Part shown: piece by piece, positions 26,907 through 39,858 of the stretch | Layout: every line of letters begins with the position of its first letter | Numbering within the stretch: the stretch's first letter is position 1 | DNA from: Camelus dromedarius | Lineage: Eukaryota | DNA length: 64,000 nt | Assembly: GCF_036321535.1 (NCBI RefSeq) | Contig: NC_087436.1 | Coordinates: 32,180,001 to 32,244,000 of the forward strand | Reading direction: 5' to 3' | Program-made: the position numbers and the translations under genes | The notes under the pieces: generated by a model | Told to the model about the DNA's origin: nothing | Seen by the model: only the letters and a program-made list of their open reading frames with translations | The model's database searches: none

Positions 26907-28004
26907 TAAAATATATCAAGATACCAATTTGGAAGGTCTAAATGCTAAGGAGTTTCTTTTCGGCAACACTGAGTGACATGATTAAAGGAGCATTTATGAA
27001 AGGAATGTCTAGCATTAGAGGACAGGACAGTGAAGAGTGGGAGGGATGCTTTGAAGTAGAGGCTTAAACTTTTATTTGTAGCTCTGGCTAGTAGCTTGCA
27101 CCTGTTAGGCTCTGATAACATGTCCGTTGCTACTGGGGTTGTCACTGCTGTGGTTAATGATGATAATAACGTCCATGATGGTGAGGGCAGTGAGGGCAAT
27201 GATAACACTTGGTATGGTAGGAATTAGGGAAGGTTTTGGAACAATCCACACAGAGATTCTGCCTATTTCTCTAAATTCCATCTTCTGTTCTGACAGTCAT
27301 TGCTCTAGTTTAAATCCTGTCCAAAACAATGAATAAGAAAGAGTCTTTGGCATTGAGAAATTCAAAAATGGTGGAAGAGTATGAGAACCATCCACTAAGT
27401 GAAACACCCACTAGGGTACAGAGCACTTTAAAAGAAGTCTCAGCCTCTAATGGTAGCATAGAGGATAGAGCCATCAAAGAATACAAAATCTTTAGGTATA
27501 TTTAGAATTTTCGAGCTCAAAAAATCCTTATTTAACCCTTACGATAAGCTTGTGTGGTGGACATTGTTGTTTCTGTTTTTAACGGAAAAAATTGAGATCA
27601 ACAAAATAAGAGTATGAGTTCTAGAGGTGATAGACTGGTTATAAATTCTGGCTCTGCCACTCAGTCTTGAGCAAGTTATTAACCTAAAATTCAGTTTCCT
27701 CACACAAAACATTAGGTTAATAACAGTACCTACCACACAATTGAGGCTGAAATGAAAAAAGTATATGAAAGTTTTTCAAGTCTGGTAAATAATGAGTACT
27801 CAGTATCTTTTGGCTCTCTTTCCTCTTCTTATTCCTCTGTCTTCTCCATGATGGTGTCTCCAACTCACTGCTCTTGGTTTCAGCCACTCAAGTTCTGTCT
27901 GCCTCTTTTCAGCTAACTTTTTATTTGACTATTTTCTGAGCAATTATGAGTTTCTGCTTCTCCCTCGCTGTAAAGCACTTAGCCCATCATTTATTCTTAA
28001 ATCT

Positions 28005-29580
28005 TTTTTTATAGTGGTAAAATACATATGGCATAAAAATGTACCATTTTAGCCATTTTAAAGTTTATTCAGTGGTATTATGTACATTCACAATATTGCA
28101 TAACTGTCTTCAAAACTTTTTTATCAACCCAAACAGAGACCTTATACCCATTTACCAGTAAAAACTCCTCATTCTTTCTCCCCCTAGGTCCTGGTAACCT
28201 CTGTTTTAGTTTCTATGAATTTGCCTATTATAGGAGCCTCATCTGACTGGAATCATACAATATCTGTCCTTTTGTGCCTGGCTTCTTTCACTTAGCATAA
28301 TGTTTTCTAGGTTCATCTATTCTGTAGCATGTATCAGAATTCCTTTTTATGACTAAATAATATATTCCATTATATGGATAAACCACATTTTGTCCATTCA
28401 GCTGTCAGTGAACATTGGGGTATTGTGAATAATGCTGCTATGAACATTGGTGTACAGGTATATATTTGAGTCCGTGTTTCTTTTACGTATATACCCAGAA
28501 GTAGAAGAGTTGGGTCTCAATGGTAATCCAATGTTTAACATTTTGCAAAACTGCCAAGATGTTCTCCAAAGCAGTTGCACCATTTCTGCCAGCAATGCAC
28601 AGGGTTCTAATTTCTCTACATCCTAACACTTGTTATTTTCCTTTTTTTTTTTTTTTGGATTTTTGTTTTTATAATAGCCATCCTAATGGGTATGAGTGGT
28701 GTCTTCATGGTGATTTTGATTTGCATTTCCCTAGTGACTAATGATGTTGGTCATGGTTTATTGGCTATTTGCTTATCTTCTTTGGTGAAATGTCTATTCA
28801 AGTCTTTTGCTCATTTTTAAATTGTTTTATATATATGTGTGTGTGTGTGTATGTATATATATATATGTATCTCCATTTTAAAGTCCAGTATTTTATCTTT
28901 TTTGGGGGGGGGAGCAGATTAGGTTTATTTGTTAATGGAGGTAATAGGGATTGAACCTAGGACCTCGTGCATGCTAAGCATGCACTCTGCCACTGAGCTA
29001 TACTCTCCCCACCGAGTCAGGTTGTTTTTGTTGTTGAGTTTTAGGAGTTCTTTATATATTCTGGATTATTAATCCCTTATCAGATTTATGACTTGTAAAT
29101 AGTTTCGCCACTCTGTAGGCTGTCTTTTCAGTCTTTTCATAGTATCATTTAATGCACTAAATTTCTTAATTTTGAAGAGGTTCAATTTATCTATATATTT
29201 GGTTGACAATGCTTTTGGTGTCATGCTCAAATCATTGTCTAATCCAAAGTCATGAAGATTTTCCCTTATATATATATTCTGAGTTAATTTTTGTATATGA
29301 TATACAGGAGAGGTCCAGCTTCATTATCCTATATGTTGGCTATCCAGTTTTCTCAGCACAATTTCTTGAAAAGATGGTCCTTTCCCCATTGAATAGTGTT
29401 GGCACTTCTGTTGAAAATTGACTATATATGAGAGTTTGTTTCTAGGCTCTCTATCCAATTCCATTGGTCTATATGTCCATCTGTGTGCCAGTACCATGTT
29501 TTGATTATAGCTTTGTAGTACATTTTGAAATTGGTAAGTGTGAGTCTTCCAACTTTGTTTTTTTTTTCAAGATACTTTTG
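28005..29580 (-). mobile_element. Old L1 3' fragment containing a SINE at about 28895-29012
   Basis: Minus-strand ORF2 remnants (YYKAIIKTWYWHTDGHIDQWN) and a 3'UTR. Confidence 0.85.
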
Positions 29581-29738
29581 GTAGTATACACATGGACTTG
29601 AATACGTGGTGGTCACTTTCAAGAGGAGAAAACTCAAACTCATGCTATCTCATAGTTCTTCAACTTTGGCGAGGTCCCAGTCAATATCTTTTTGGTCTAG
29701 CTGGTCTACTCTGCACTCTTAGAGATCTAGTGCAGTTT

Positions 29739-30274
29739 TGTGGAGGAACAAAATTTCCTCTCCCCTTCTGGGTTCTTCAGGATGGTCTAAGAATTAAACT
29801 GACATGAGCTAGATTAACGGGAGAAAATCAAACAAAGCTTAATAACATGTGTACATGGGAGAGACCCAGGAAAACTGAGCAACTCGCCAAAATGGCCAAG
29901 GCCCTTACCTTAAATATCATCCCCAGTTAAAGACAAACGAGAATGTTGATGGTGGGGAGAGACAGTTATGGGAGGTTACCAGGAAAAGCAGAGTAAACAA
30001 AGGTAAGGCTGTTATGCAGATTTAAGTCCTTGCCTTCTCCACTGATAAGAGCTCCTAGAGATTCATTTGGTCCTTCTCCTCTTCCAAGTATACAGAGGGT
30101 AATACCCTTACAAATGGAGATTTCCCTTAAAAATGTAAGTTTCTTAAAAAAGGCAACTCTTACTTGGTTTTCAGAGCCCTTCTTATGTCTGCTGTTTATC
30201 AGAAAATAACCAGCCTAAAACAATTAATATGCCAAAGAGATATATTTTGGGGTGGTAAGTTCTGCTCCCCTACA
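29739..30274 (-). mobile_element. ERV1 LTR (MER34/MER39-like), copy 1
   Basis: Minus strand starts TGTAGGGGAGCAGAACTTACCACCCCAAAATATATCTCTTTGGCATATT and ends in CA. Confidence 0.75.
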
Positions 30275-30593
30275 ATAGCTTGTGGTCACATTATGAATAA
30301 ATGGTAGTGACATTATGGTGCTGTAATTAAGGAAACCCAGAAACCCCATCAGGGTACTATATCGGTAAGAGTACTTCATAAGGAGAGCAGAATTAGGAAT
30401 TCTAGTTGGAACTAGAATTCCAAATCTAGTTCCAACTCTGCACTTACAAGAAGTGACCTTAACAAATCTCACCTCTCTAAGGGTTAATTTATTTTCATTC
30501 ATCTATAAAATGGAGATAATACACCTGTTCTGCATACCTCATGGGGCTATAATGAGGCTCAAGTGACATGAAACGTTTGGCAGACATGGTATA

Positions 30594-31121
30594 TGTAGGG
30601 AAGCAGAATTTGCCATCCTAAAATATATCTCTTTAGTATATTGCTTTAGGCTGGTTATTTTCTGGTAAACAGCAGGCATGAGAGAAGCTCTGAAAACTGG
30701 GTAGAAAGACTTTTGTAAGAAACATTTATATTTATAAGAAAAATTTATATTCATAATGTTGTCTCCCTCTCTACACCAGGGAGAGGAGGACCAAATCTCT
30801 AGTAACACTCATCAGTGGAGAAGGCAAGGACTTAAATCTGCATAAAAATCTTACTATTGATTACTGTGCTTTTCCTGGTAACCTCCCATAACTGACTCCC
30901 CACCAACATCTTATTTTGTCTTTTGTTGAAGATGGTATTTAAGGTGAGGGTTTTGACCATTTCAGGGAGTTACTCAGTTTTCCTGGGCATCCTGCATATA
31001 TACAGGAAGTATACACATTACCAAACTTTTTTTCCCCTCCTGTTAATCTGTTTTACATCTATTTATTAGAACAGGCAAAGAACCTAGAAGAGAAGTAGGA
31101 AAAGTTTTTTCCTCCCTTAAA
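30594..31121 (+). mobile_element. ERV1 LTR (MER34/MER39-like), copy 2
   Basis: Starts TGTAGGGAAGCAGAATTTGCCATCCTAAAATATATCTCTTTAGTATATT and is alignable to copy 1 in inverted orientation. Confidence 0.75.
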
Positions 31122-33134
31122 ACTGCTTTAGTCAATCTATTTCATGCAGGCAAGTGTAAGTACCCTGTAAGAAATGTGGAAGCCTGTGGGAGCTAAAACT
31201 CAGGCATCAGGGAAAATCTCTCATTCTACCTCCTGAACCTGAAAGGAAATATAGGACTGCTTATTCATTTATGAGACTGCCTTTGGCTGGTGAAACAGCA
31301 AAGGCTAGTCACAACGGGAGGCCTTTTAAAAAAGACAAAACAAGCAAAAACAACAAAACCCCTCCCCCATTTACTGTTGGTTTCACTTATAAGCAATTGC
31401 CAGGACTCTGGCAGCAAGTCATTTTGGTTCCCTTTTGACAAGATTCACACGCAATCCACAGAAGGTAGGGAGAAATCTCCTCATCTCTGCATGTTAATTA
31501 AGGAAGACAGATGGCCCTGTGATTATTCAACCATATGTAGGTCAAGACTAAATGAATTAATAAGCAACTTAATTCTCAGCTGCCTCTAAAAGCTTATGGG
31601 GCATCTATGAACAAACAATTGCCATAGTATCCTGGGAAACAGGAGATGGGAGCAGGGAGAGAGATTAAATTTCCCTCATTACACACTAAGTTCCACAGCC
31701 TGGGAAGGGATCTCAGTCCCTGCCCCACACATTGTCTTCTATATTGGATTTGGGATGTTAAAATGTATCAAAAGTTATAAATCTTAGTTTCCCACATACA
31801 AACTATATAATTGCAGTACATAGGGGTCCTCCCCGACCCCGAAGTTAAGCTTCCTTAATTGATTTTAGGGCTGAAAAACACAAGCACTAGAGCCTAGAGC
31901 CATAAGGAGAAACATAAGACAGGCAACACATGTTGGGGGCCAAAGGTGGGGCAGAGAACAAGTTCTGAAATGGCTCAGAGGAGCAAGGGGCTGTGGGAGG
32001 CAGAGCTTGATCTGGACCTGAAAAGGCAAATGGGCACCAGTGGGGTGGGGGAAGGGAGACCAGGGAAACTGCAAGGCAGGGAGTTGTGCAATGTACACCA
32101 GGAACAGTAATCAAACCAGTGTGACGAGGTGATGTAAGGGAATTAGGAGAGATCAGTTGGAACAGGTGAGGAGCAGCAAATAAGAGTCCTGGATGACAGC
32201 AATGCTGGGTGCTTACAGAAGAAACCAATCTTTCCTCTTGCCAGCATTCCTACCAGAGTCCACAGAACAGAAACTAAAAACCCTCCAGGATTTTATACTG
32301 GGAAAAGTCATTTCCTCCCTCCAGTCCGCTCTTCCAGCATGAGCGACTGGTAACAGTAGCAAAGGAATTGAATCGCCCTACTCAGCTCCTCTCTAGAAGT
32401 ACTTAAGAGTCTTAAAAGCAAGAGCAGGTTAGTGCCAGATAGTAAGTAATTTACCTGTATTTTCATTTAAATATTGGAGTAGAAAAAGGGAAGGTGGGTT
32501 AACCTAACTTATTTAGTGTCCCACAGAATCAGAATTTGGATGCAGAACTACTTAACTACAAAGTCTGCATTTTCCCCCCTCCCATCAGTCTTTAAACATT
32601 TTTCCTTGAAAACCCCCTAAAATAATTTCCATAAATGTATATATCTTCCACAAATTTTAAGTTGATGTTTGAAATTTTTTCATTTTAGTAGTTTCAAAGG
32701 TCATAACTTCCAGCATATTATAAATACTGACTTAGAAAATTATGTCACTTTTTAAGTGAATTCAATGATATAACAAATACAACAAATATAACATTTATAT
32801 CCATTTTTAGAAGTGTAGAAGCAAGCTCTTTTTTAACATTTAGAAAACTTATACCTTTCTCTTTTCTCCTTGAACTTATATTTCCATTCCATTTTCTCCA
32901 GATTTTTATCCTAATACATTTCAATGTTTGAAAGTCTTATTGAACATCAAATATGTATCTACAACCAAAATAAATATATAATTAAAAATTTTATTTATTT
33001 TCCTCTGACTATAAGTGGTTCTAATTGAAATTTTTTTCTTCTCAATTGAACTACTACAAATATTATAAATAATGGTCGAGATAACATATATACACATTTT
33101 GGCAATTATTACACATAAATAGTAAATTTTTCAT

Positions 33135-33512
33135 TATCAGTTAAGGTAATGCTAACTACTGTAACAGATAAATGTCAAGTTCTTGATGGCTTAATACAGT
33201 AAAAGACTATTTCTTGATGATATAGAGTCCCAAAAGGGACTAGGTGGTGATTCAGGGACACAGATTCCTCTTACCTTGGGGCTCTGCTATCTTCCACATG
33301 TAGTTTCCACAAAGTCAAGAAAGGAAAGAATGAGTGTGGAGATAGCACGTGGGCAGGCCTCAAAGTAGTGCCCCTTACCTTCTCTGCCTTCCAGTATCCA
33401 GAACCAGTTATACTAGCAAGTCTAAAACAGCAGAAGGATGAGCATGCAGTCTAGCAGTGTGACCAGGGGAAGGAGAATTGGACTGGATAAACAGCTTGAC
33501 AATCTCCACCAC
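33135..33512 (-). mobile_element. MLT1-type MaLR LTR (old)
   Basis: tcagttaaggtaatgctaactactgtaaca...ggcttaatacagtaaaag resembles the reverse 3' end of MLT1. Confidence 0.6.
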
Positions 33513-36381
33513 CAAGTTTTATTAGAAATGCTTATCTTGAGAAGAATCATGATTCAAGTTTTTAAAGATATTTAATGAAAGAGAAGGTTTTCATCTGCTA
33601 AAAACAAATTTGTTTGGCAGCTATTTTAAAAATAATATATCCTATAAATAGGAAGTAGAAAAATTAAAAATATTTTATCAGATGCAGTAAGATGAGGACT
33701 GGCAGTAACTGTAGTACATATTTTATATAATTTGATAAAAACACGTTCTAACTCTCATTGAATAACACAATGAACCAACCAAAAATACACACAAAGCCTT
33801 ATCCTTAATAAAAATATTTATTAAGTAGAGAAATTCAGCGAGTCTTATGAATTTATGAGAGCTCGATGAATCATTAAAGGTTTCATTTTTGTGTGGCCTG
33901 ACATGACTTTTCACATCTAGAGTAATATTTGGGATGGCTAAGGGCAATCTATATTTCTTTTAAAATGTAGGAAAAAGACTTAGGAACTGGAGCATATCAT
34001 CAGATAAATCAGTTTTAGGAAAGAGTTCTTATGGCAGTTGAGAATTTAGAAATCAATTCCTTTGAAATGATCTATGCCTATGTAAACTCTTAAAGTATTT
34101 ATGTACTCCTGGGCATACCCCCAACTTGAGGACCACCGCATTATACCATAGTGCCTTGACAACCCAAAGGGAGTTTCTAACAGTGTGTTTTTGACAAGCT
34201 TGTGAGATATTTCAGTGCCTCCCTTGCTCCTTATACTATATACTAAGGTTCATGTGAAAGAAAGTAAGTGGCAGGGGAGATCACTGGACTGTCACTGAGC
34301 CTGGGAGAGGTCATGGAAAGGTAGATTCTCCTATCCTGCTCAGGAACTGGATATTTAAAACGAGGCAAAAGTAACAAGATTGTGGTGATGTTGGGAAAAT
34401 ACAATGAGCAAAATTGTTAACTGAATAAACAAGAGGGAAGAACTAAAAGTGAGACATGATAAATTAGATTCATAACTTGGTGACCGCTTCACGGAATTCA
34501 TACCCTTGTCGGTTGTTCACAGTCAGCAGAAATAGCAGCATCCAGGCACCCTACTACTTCTCACGTGGAGGTAAGTGAGCCACCACAAGGGCAGAAAAGT
34601 GTTCATAACTTTATTATCCTAGGACAACAAAACAATCACAAGGAATCTGACTTTTATTTACCAATTAATTGTTTTAGGTAGGTTTATTTCACATGAAGAT
34701 TTAAAATGATATTCATAGCCTATTGGAGAAAATATCTTCACATACCTGAAGATAGCCTGGTCTAGTTCTTAGTCCAAATAATAGCTAGTGTTTACTGAGT
34801 GCTTACTCAACGCCAGATACTGTGTTAAGTACTTTATATTTAATCTTTATAACACTATGAGGTAAAGGCAATTTTGTAGCTGAAGGACTGTAACTTAGTG
34901 AGAAGAACCAGGATTCAATTCATGTTTCTATCAAATCAGCTACGTTGTTTCTAGAGCAGTGGTCATTAAACTTATTTAAGATCATAAATCTTGGTAGGAA
35001 TCTGATAAAAGCTATGGATTATCTCCTCCAAAGAATATATAAGTACGTAAAATTCTACATATTAAATTTTGGGACCTCAAAGACCCTTCTTCTCAAAATC
35101 CTTCTCTTAACCCATTATAAGACAGTCTCACCTTAGATTATACTCAAGGGCATTCAACTAGAAACCAGAAATTTTTAATATTAAAAACATTACAGTACTT
35201 TGATTACGTTCATGTTGCAATGAAAGTCTAACATACCTTAAAACACCCTGAGAAAGGTATTCAATTTTGTAGACTTGATACACTCACTATCTGGAAAAAA
35301 AGAAATCAAAACAACAAACAGCAAATTCTCTTTTTAATCTGAAGCAAATATGTATAGTATATTGGTAGAAACCATTTTATTAACCAAATCATGTCTTAAC
35401 TGGCAAAGTTAAAAACAGGCTCATTATAAAGAATTCAATAATCTGGTATAAAGCTAGAGATGCTTCCTGTAAATTAACCATGTGGCATATTTCCTTCAAG
35501 CTTTTTAAAGAATAGAATACCACTATTTCTGATTGTATCTTCAGTTGACAATAATAACCCTAATGTAATCTAAAATTTCTAATTGTATTCTGAATAAAAT
35601 GTTTCATTTTTATTTTACCTTACCTAATTCTAGGAAAACATTTAAACACATATATGATATTATCCCTAATCACAATACCCCCCACCAAAGAGGATTTACC
35701 ATATAGAACTTAATACATGTAAGTATTCCACTAGACCATTCATTACTGAAGATGCCTGTGATACAACTTCACAGTCTTAACCACAAGAATCTAATCTTGA
35801 TTTTATAATAGTTAAGAATCACTGCAGTTGCATTTTAGAGTCAGTGTCATATGTTCCAATATTTCAAGCTATTAAAGATTTCAAGCTGTTAAAGTCTGGT
35901 TAAGATGAATAGCTTGAGGTCTGGAGCCAGACTACTCAAGTTTAAATCCTTGCTCTGCCATTCAGCTAGCTACGTGACAAAAATTTGTTCTAGTCATGAG
36001 TACCATCTAGTTTTAAGTTTTAAGTTTCTCATGTTTCAGGCAGGATTTAACTACACAGCTTAGGTTAGCTAGACATTTAAATAGATGCATCTTACAATTT
36101 TCTTGCCTTGTTTGCATCTTTGAGAGTTAATCACAAATAATGCTAATAAAGTACTTCAAGCTTTTAAGTGAAATGACAAAAAAATTCAATGCAATAGTAT
36201 TTTTATCTTTAACCACACACAAATCTTAACACTGTTACTGTATTTATTTACTAGTAACTAAGCACAGTTAGGCATTGCCCTAACAAAGTAATCATGAGTT
36301 GTTTAGACACATGTGACTATTAGGAATGCAAGAGTAATTGATATAATTATATATCACCACAAGATGGAGTAAGAGTTCTCC

Positions 36382-36384
<3 letters not shown>

Positions 36385-36416
<32 letters not shown>
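36385..36416. repeat. (AC)16 microsatellite
   Basis: Perfect AC run. Confidence 0.95.
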
Positions 36417-36421
<5 letters not shown>

Positions 36422-36448
36422 AGACTTACGCATCTGAGTTATTCCATT

Positions 36449-36462
36449 CTGCCATCTAGTGG
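36449..36462 (-). promoter_or_regulatory. CTCF core motif
   Basis: Minus strand CCACTAGATGGCAG matches the CCASYAGRKGGCRS consensus at every position. Confidence 0.65.
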
Positions 36463-36523
36463 CGATATAGTTAGGTATTACTCTTGGATCAGTCTCCTAT
36501 GTAATAAAATAAAAATAAGCAGT

Positions 36524-36693
36524 TTCCAAACAAGGATTTACTGTAAAGCACAGAGAACTATACTCAGTATCTTGTAATAACCTATAAAGGAAAAGAATCT
36601 GAAAAAAATATATATAACCTAAACACTTTGCTGTACACCTGAAACTAACACAATATTGTAAATCGACTATATTGTAATTTTTTAAAAAAAAAA
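36524..36693 (+). mobile_element. Short L1 3' end (cetartiodactyl-type)
   Basis: cactttgctgtacacctgaaactaacacaatattgtaaatcgactat plus an A tail; aagcagt on both flanks. Confidence 0.8.
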
Positions 36694-38623
36694 GCAGTGT
36701 CATGGATCTAACAAATTAGGCAAAAGATACAATTAAGCACAGAAAGGAAAGAGGTAGCATCATTCAGGATAATGGCAAAGAGAAGTATGAGAGAATGTCA
36801 GAGTGAAGTCCCAAACTGGTAAAGCCAGTTTAAAAAGAAAATCTATTTAACAACTAAAGTGGTATCTATTTTAGAACATAATTTTCTTTCTTAATTCCTT
36901 TTAGTATAAAGAATTCCAAAAGTGGCTTCAATTATTCCTTTAAAAGCACAAGTAGTATGGATTTAAACATTTTAATGTTGCCTTTTTTTATTTAATAAAA
37001 TTGAAAGATGCAAAATCACAGAAAGGAAGCATCTAAAGTCTCTAGGAACTTACATAAATTTTGAGTAGAGCTATTTAGACTTACAGTCAATAATGTTTTT
37101 CTTTTCAATGAATAACAATGCTTTTATTTGCTTGAGATTCACATTTGGAATTTAGGGAGTATAATTTTTAAAATTTTATCAAAGAAATGTACATACCATG
37201 TCAAACATACATAAACAAAAGTAGAAAGCAAACGGTTAATAATCTGGATAAGTAAAAGAGGTCTATAAATCAATTAGAAAAAGAATCACTCCAAAAGGAA
37301 AACATTAAGGATATGATCAAATCATCTACAAATAATGTAGTTAATAAACAATAAAAATTATCACTCATTAGTAACCTGATTAAAATAAAATTTAAAAAAT
37401 ATTTTTCTCAATCTATCAAAGAAAAATAATTTTAATAACCAGTGTTGCTGAGGATACAGAAAAGCAGATGCTGTTGGTGAAAGTATAAACTGCTCAACCA
37501 TTCTAGAGTGCTTCAAATGGGAATACATTTTTACATAGAATTTCAACTTCTAGGAATTTATGCTAGGCAGTAACTCCAAGTTTATATATCAAGATTTATC
37601 TGTAGGGGTATTATTAATTAAATTGTTGTTTGTAACATCCCAAACCCGGCCACATGCTAAAGTCAACCACAGGGGATTTAGCTAAATAAACTATGGTACA
37701 TCCACATGCTGTAATACTATGCAACTTGTAAAAGTCATGGTGTAGAAATATTAATGACATCAGAAAATGCTCACCTCCATGTGAAAAAAGCAGGTTATAA
37801 TGTTATATGTATATCATGATACCAATTTTGGTTTTTTCCTCTTAAAAGGGTATTTTATTTTCTTCTTTGTGCTTTTCTAAATTTCCCAATGTACATGTGT
37901 TGCTTTTATAATCAAAATAATATAAAATTATTAATTTATTACATATTATAAAACTCTTGATTACTGTGTTTTCATACAATTTCCCAATCAAATTTACACC
38001 TGCATATTTAGGTGAGTAGAAGTAACCTTAGGTTAAATACAGGTTTCAGATGTATGTGTTCAACAAAAAAAGGATACTGAGAAAAAGAATAAACGAGGTT
38101 TGGAAATTTCTCACTGGAAAGCCAGAACTATATACACAGTTAATAAAACATTAAAAAATTTATTATTCTAAGTCTATTAGCTGTTTTGCATTCTCTTTCC
38201 AAGATCTAAGTAGATTTTGAGTTTTTGAATTTGACAATTTCTTAAAATTAAAACATCAAAATGACCTCAAATATTAAATATTACAAAACTACAGATTATC
38301 ATTTATTCATAGGAAATAACCTAATGAAAATCTCTTATTTAATGAATTGTCCATTTATCCAAAGATATGTATTTCAATGCTGTCATTCTATAAGAACAAT
38401 ACATCAAAAAGAAAATAAATTAATTAAGTGTATTAAACTAGCTGCATCTGCCAATACAAGAAAATATATGAGCTAAATAAAAATAGATACAAGTTTAAAA
38501 CTGAAACTTCATTCACAAAATGCAATGGTCTTCTACCAGCAGAATTTGAAAATTACAGCTTTTCAACTATATTCTAAAACAAAAATAATTAAAAAATCAA
38601 TTCAAATAATTTAGAATAAGTGC

Positions 38624-38629
38624 TTTATT
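38624..38629 (-). promoter_or_regulatory. Candidate LARP1B poly(A) signal
   Basis: AATAAA on the minus strand about 1 kb past the stop, followed by U-rich sequence. Other candidates are at 38302, 38159 and 35376. Confidence 0.5.
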
Positions 38630-39612
38630 TTAATTCCCACAAAAACTGAAACTATTATTTACATCAGTTGCAACAGCAATAAAAACTAGTTTGTTTCTTG
38701 AAAACACTTATAGGCATAAAATAAAACTAAAAGACACAAAAAGGAAAAACTAGGTACTCCTTTTAAATTGAAGATAATCTGACTGCTTGTGACATACACA
38801 TCTGCAGAATGTACAACAGCAGATGTATTCAAAACAATGTAAGATTTAGTTAATTTAGAACAATATTCCAACCAATCCCAACCCAGTTTTCAATTACTCA
38901 CACAGGTTTATATAGTCACAAAAAGTAAATCGCTCCTGATACGTAACCAGCTGAAGCCAATTCAGAACACTGCACCAACACAATAATAACTATGGAAATC
39001 ATGAGTTGTGACTGGGGGGGAGAAAAAGCAAAACACAACATCCAAAGTGCACATACTTCAATCTAACCACAATATATTTCCACTTTTGTATATAAAAAAA
39101 GTTCCCTTTAAACTATACATCTAAAAAGAAAAGTAACTGTATCATTTCATATTCTTTTTTTGAATTTAAAAAATATATACGTAATCATCCTTTGTTTTTG
39201 ATAAGTTCAAATATGAATTGATGGTTGGGGTAATTGGATTCTTCAAGAAAGCTCTATAGAAGAGATGAATACAACATACTATATCTTCTTTAAGAAGTAT
39301 GAGCCAAAATGTTAGGCATTCCTGCTGTTTTTGTATATATTTAAGGAATGCTGTTCTTGTAAACAAATGGCTTTGAAAAAGAAATACTGAAACCAAAATA
39401 CATTACTAGAGGATCTCTATAAAAGGTCACCAAAACTATCCTTGTTCGTGAAATCAGGAAAAACGTTTCCAGAATTTATCTTGCTAGAAAAAATGCTACC
39501 ACTTTTCTTCCTTTTTCTTTTTCTGATTATCATAATTAAACATCAGAAGATTTTCCCAAATAAATACTGATGTAAATGTTGATTTCAAGGGCAAACGACT
39601 TTTGTTAAGAGT

Positions 39613-39858
39613 CTATTTCTCAGGCAGTTCACCATTTGTTGAGACTGAGGCAGCACTGTTCTGGTGTGAATTGTCACTGGACTGCTGGGAAGTACTCCTT
39701 CTGGGAGAGTTTGTTGGGACCTGAAGCTGATTGGCAGGTGTATGCTTAGCAGCATTCAGTGGCTTTGCAGAGGAATAAGATGGAAGTCTGTGACGATTAC
39801 TCTCCTCACCAGAAGTAGATGAATGTCTTTTTCTTCCAAATTCCTCAACAATAGGGGG
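39613..39858 (-). CDS. LARP1B: LARP1B last coding exon
   Basis: Acceptor ttgcag|CCC. Encodes PPIVEEFGRKRHSSTSGEESNRHRL...SSDNSHQNSAASVSTNGELPEK then TAG. Confidence 0.93.
   Translation of the reverse strand, partial: PPIVEEFGRKRHSSTSGEESNRHRLPSYSSAKPLNAAKHTPANQLQVPTNSPRRSTSQQSSDNSHQNSAASVSTNGELPEK

Noticed and set aside
34568..34576. Consensus splice donor GAG|GTAAGT on the + strand in intergenic DNA
   Set aside because: It is an isolated 9-mer with no supported exon or ORF, which is expected by chance in 64 kb.
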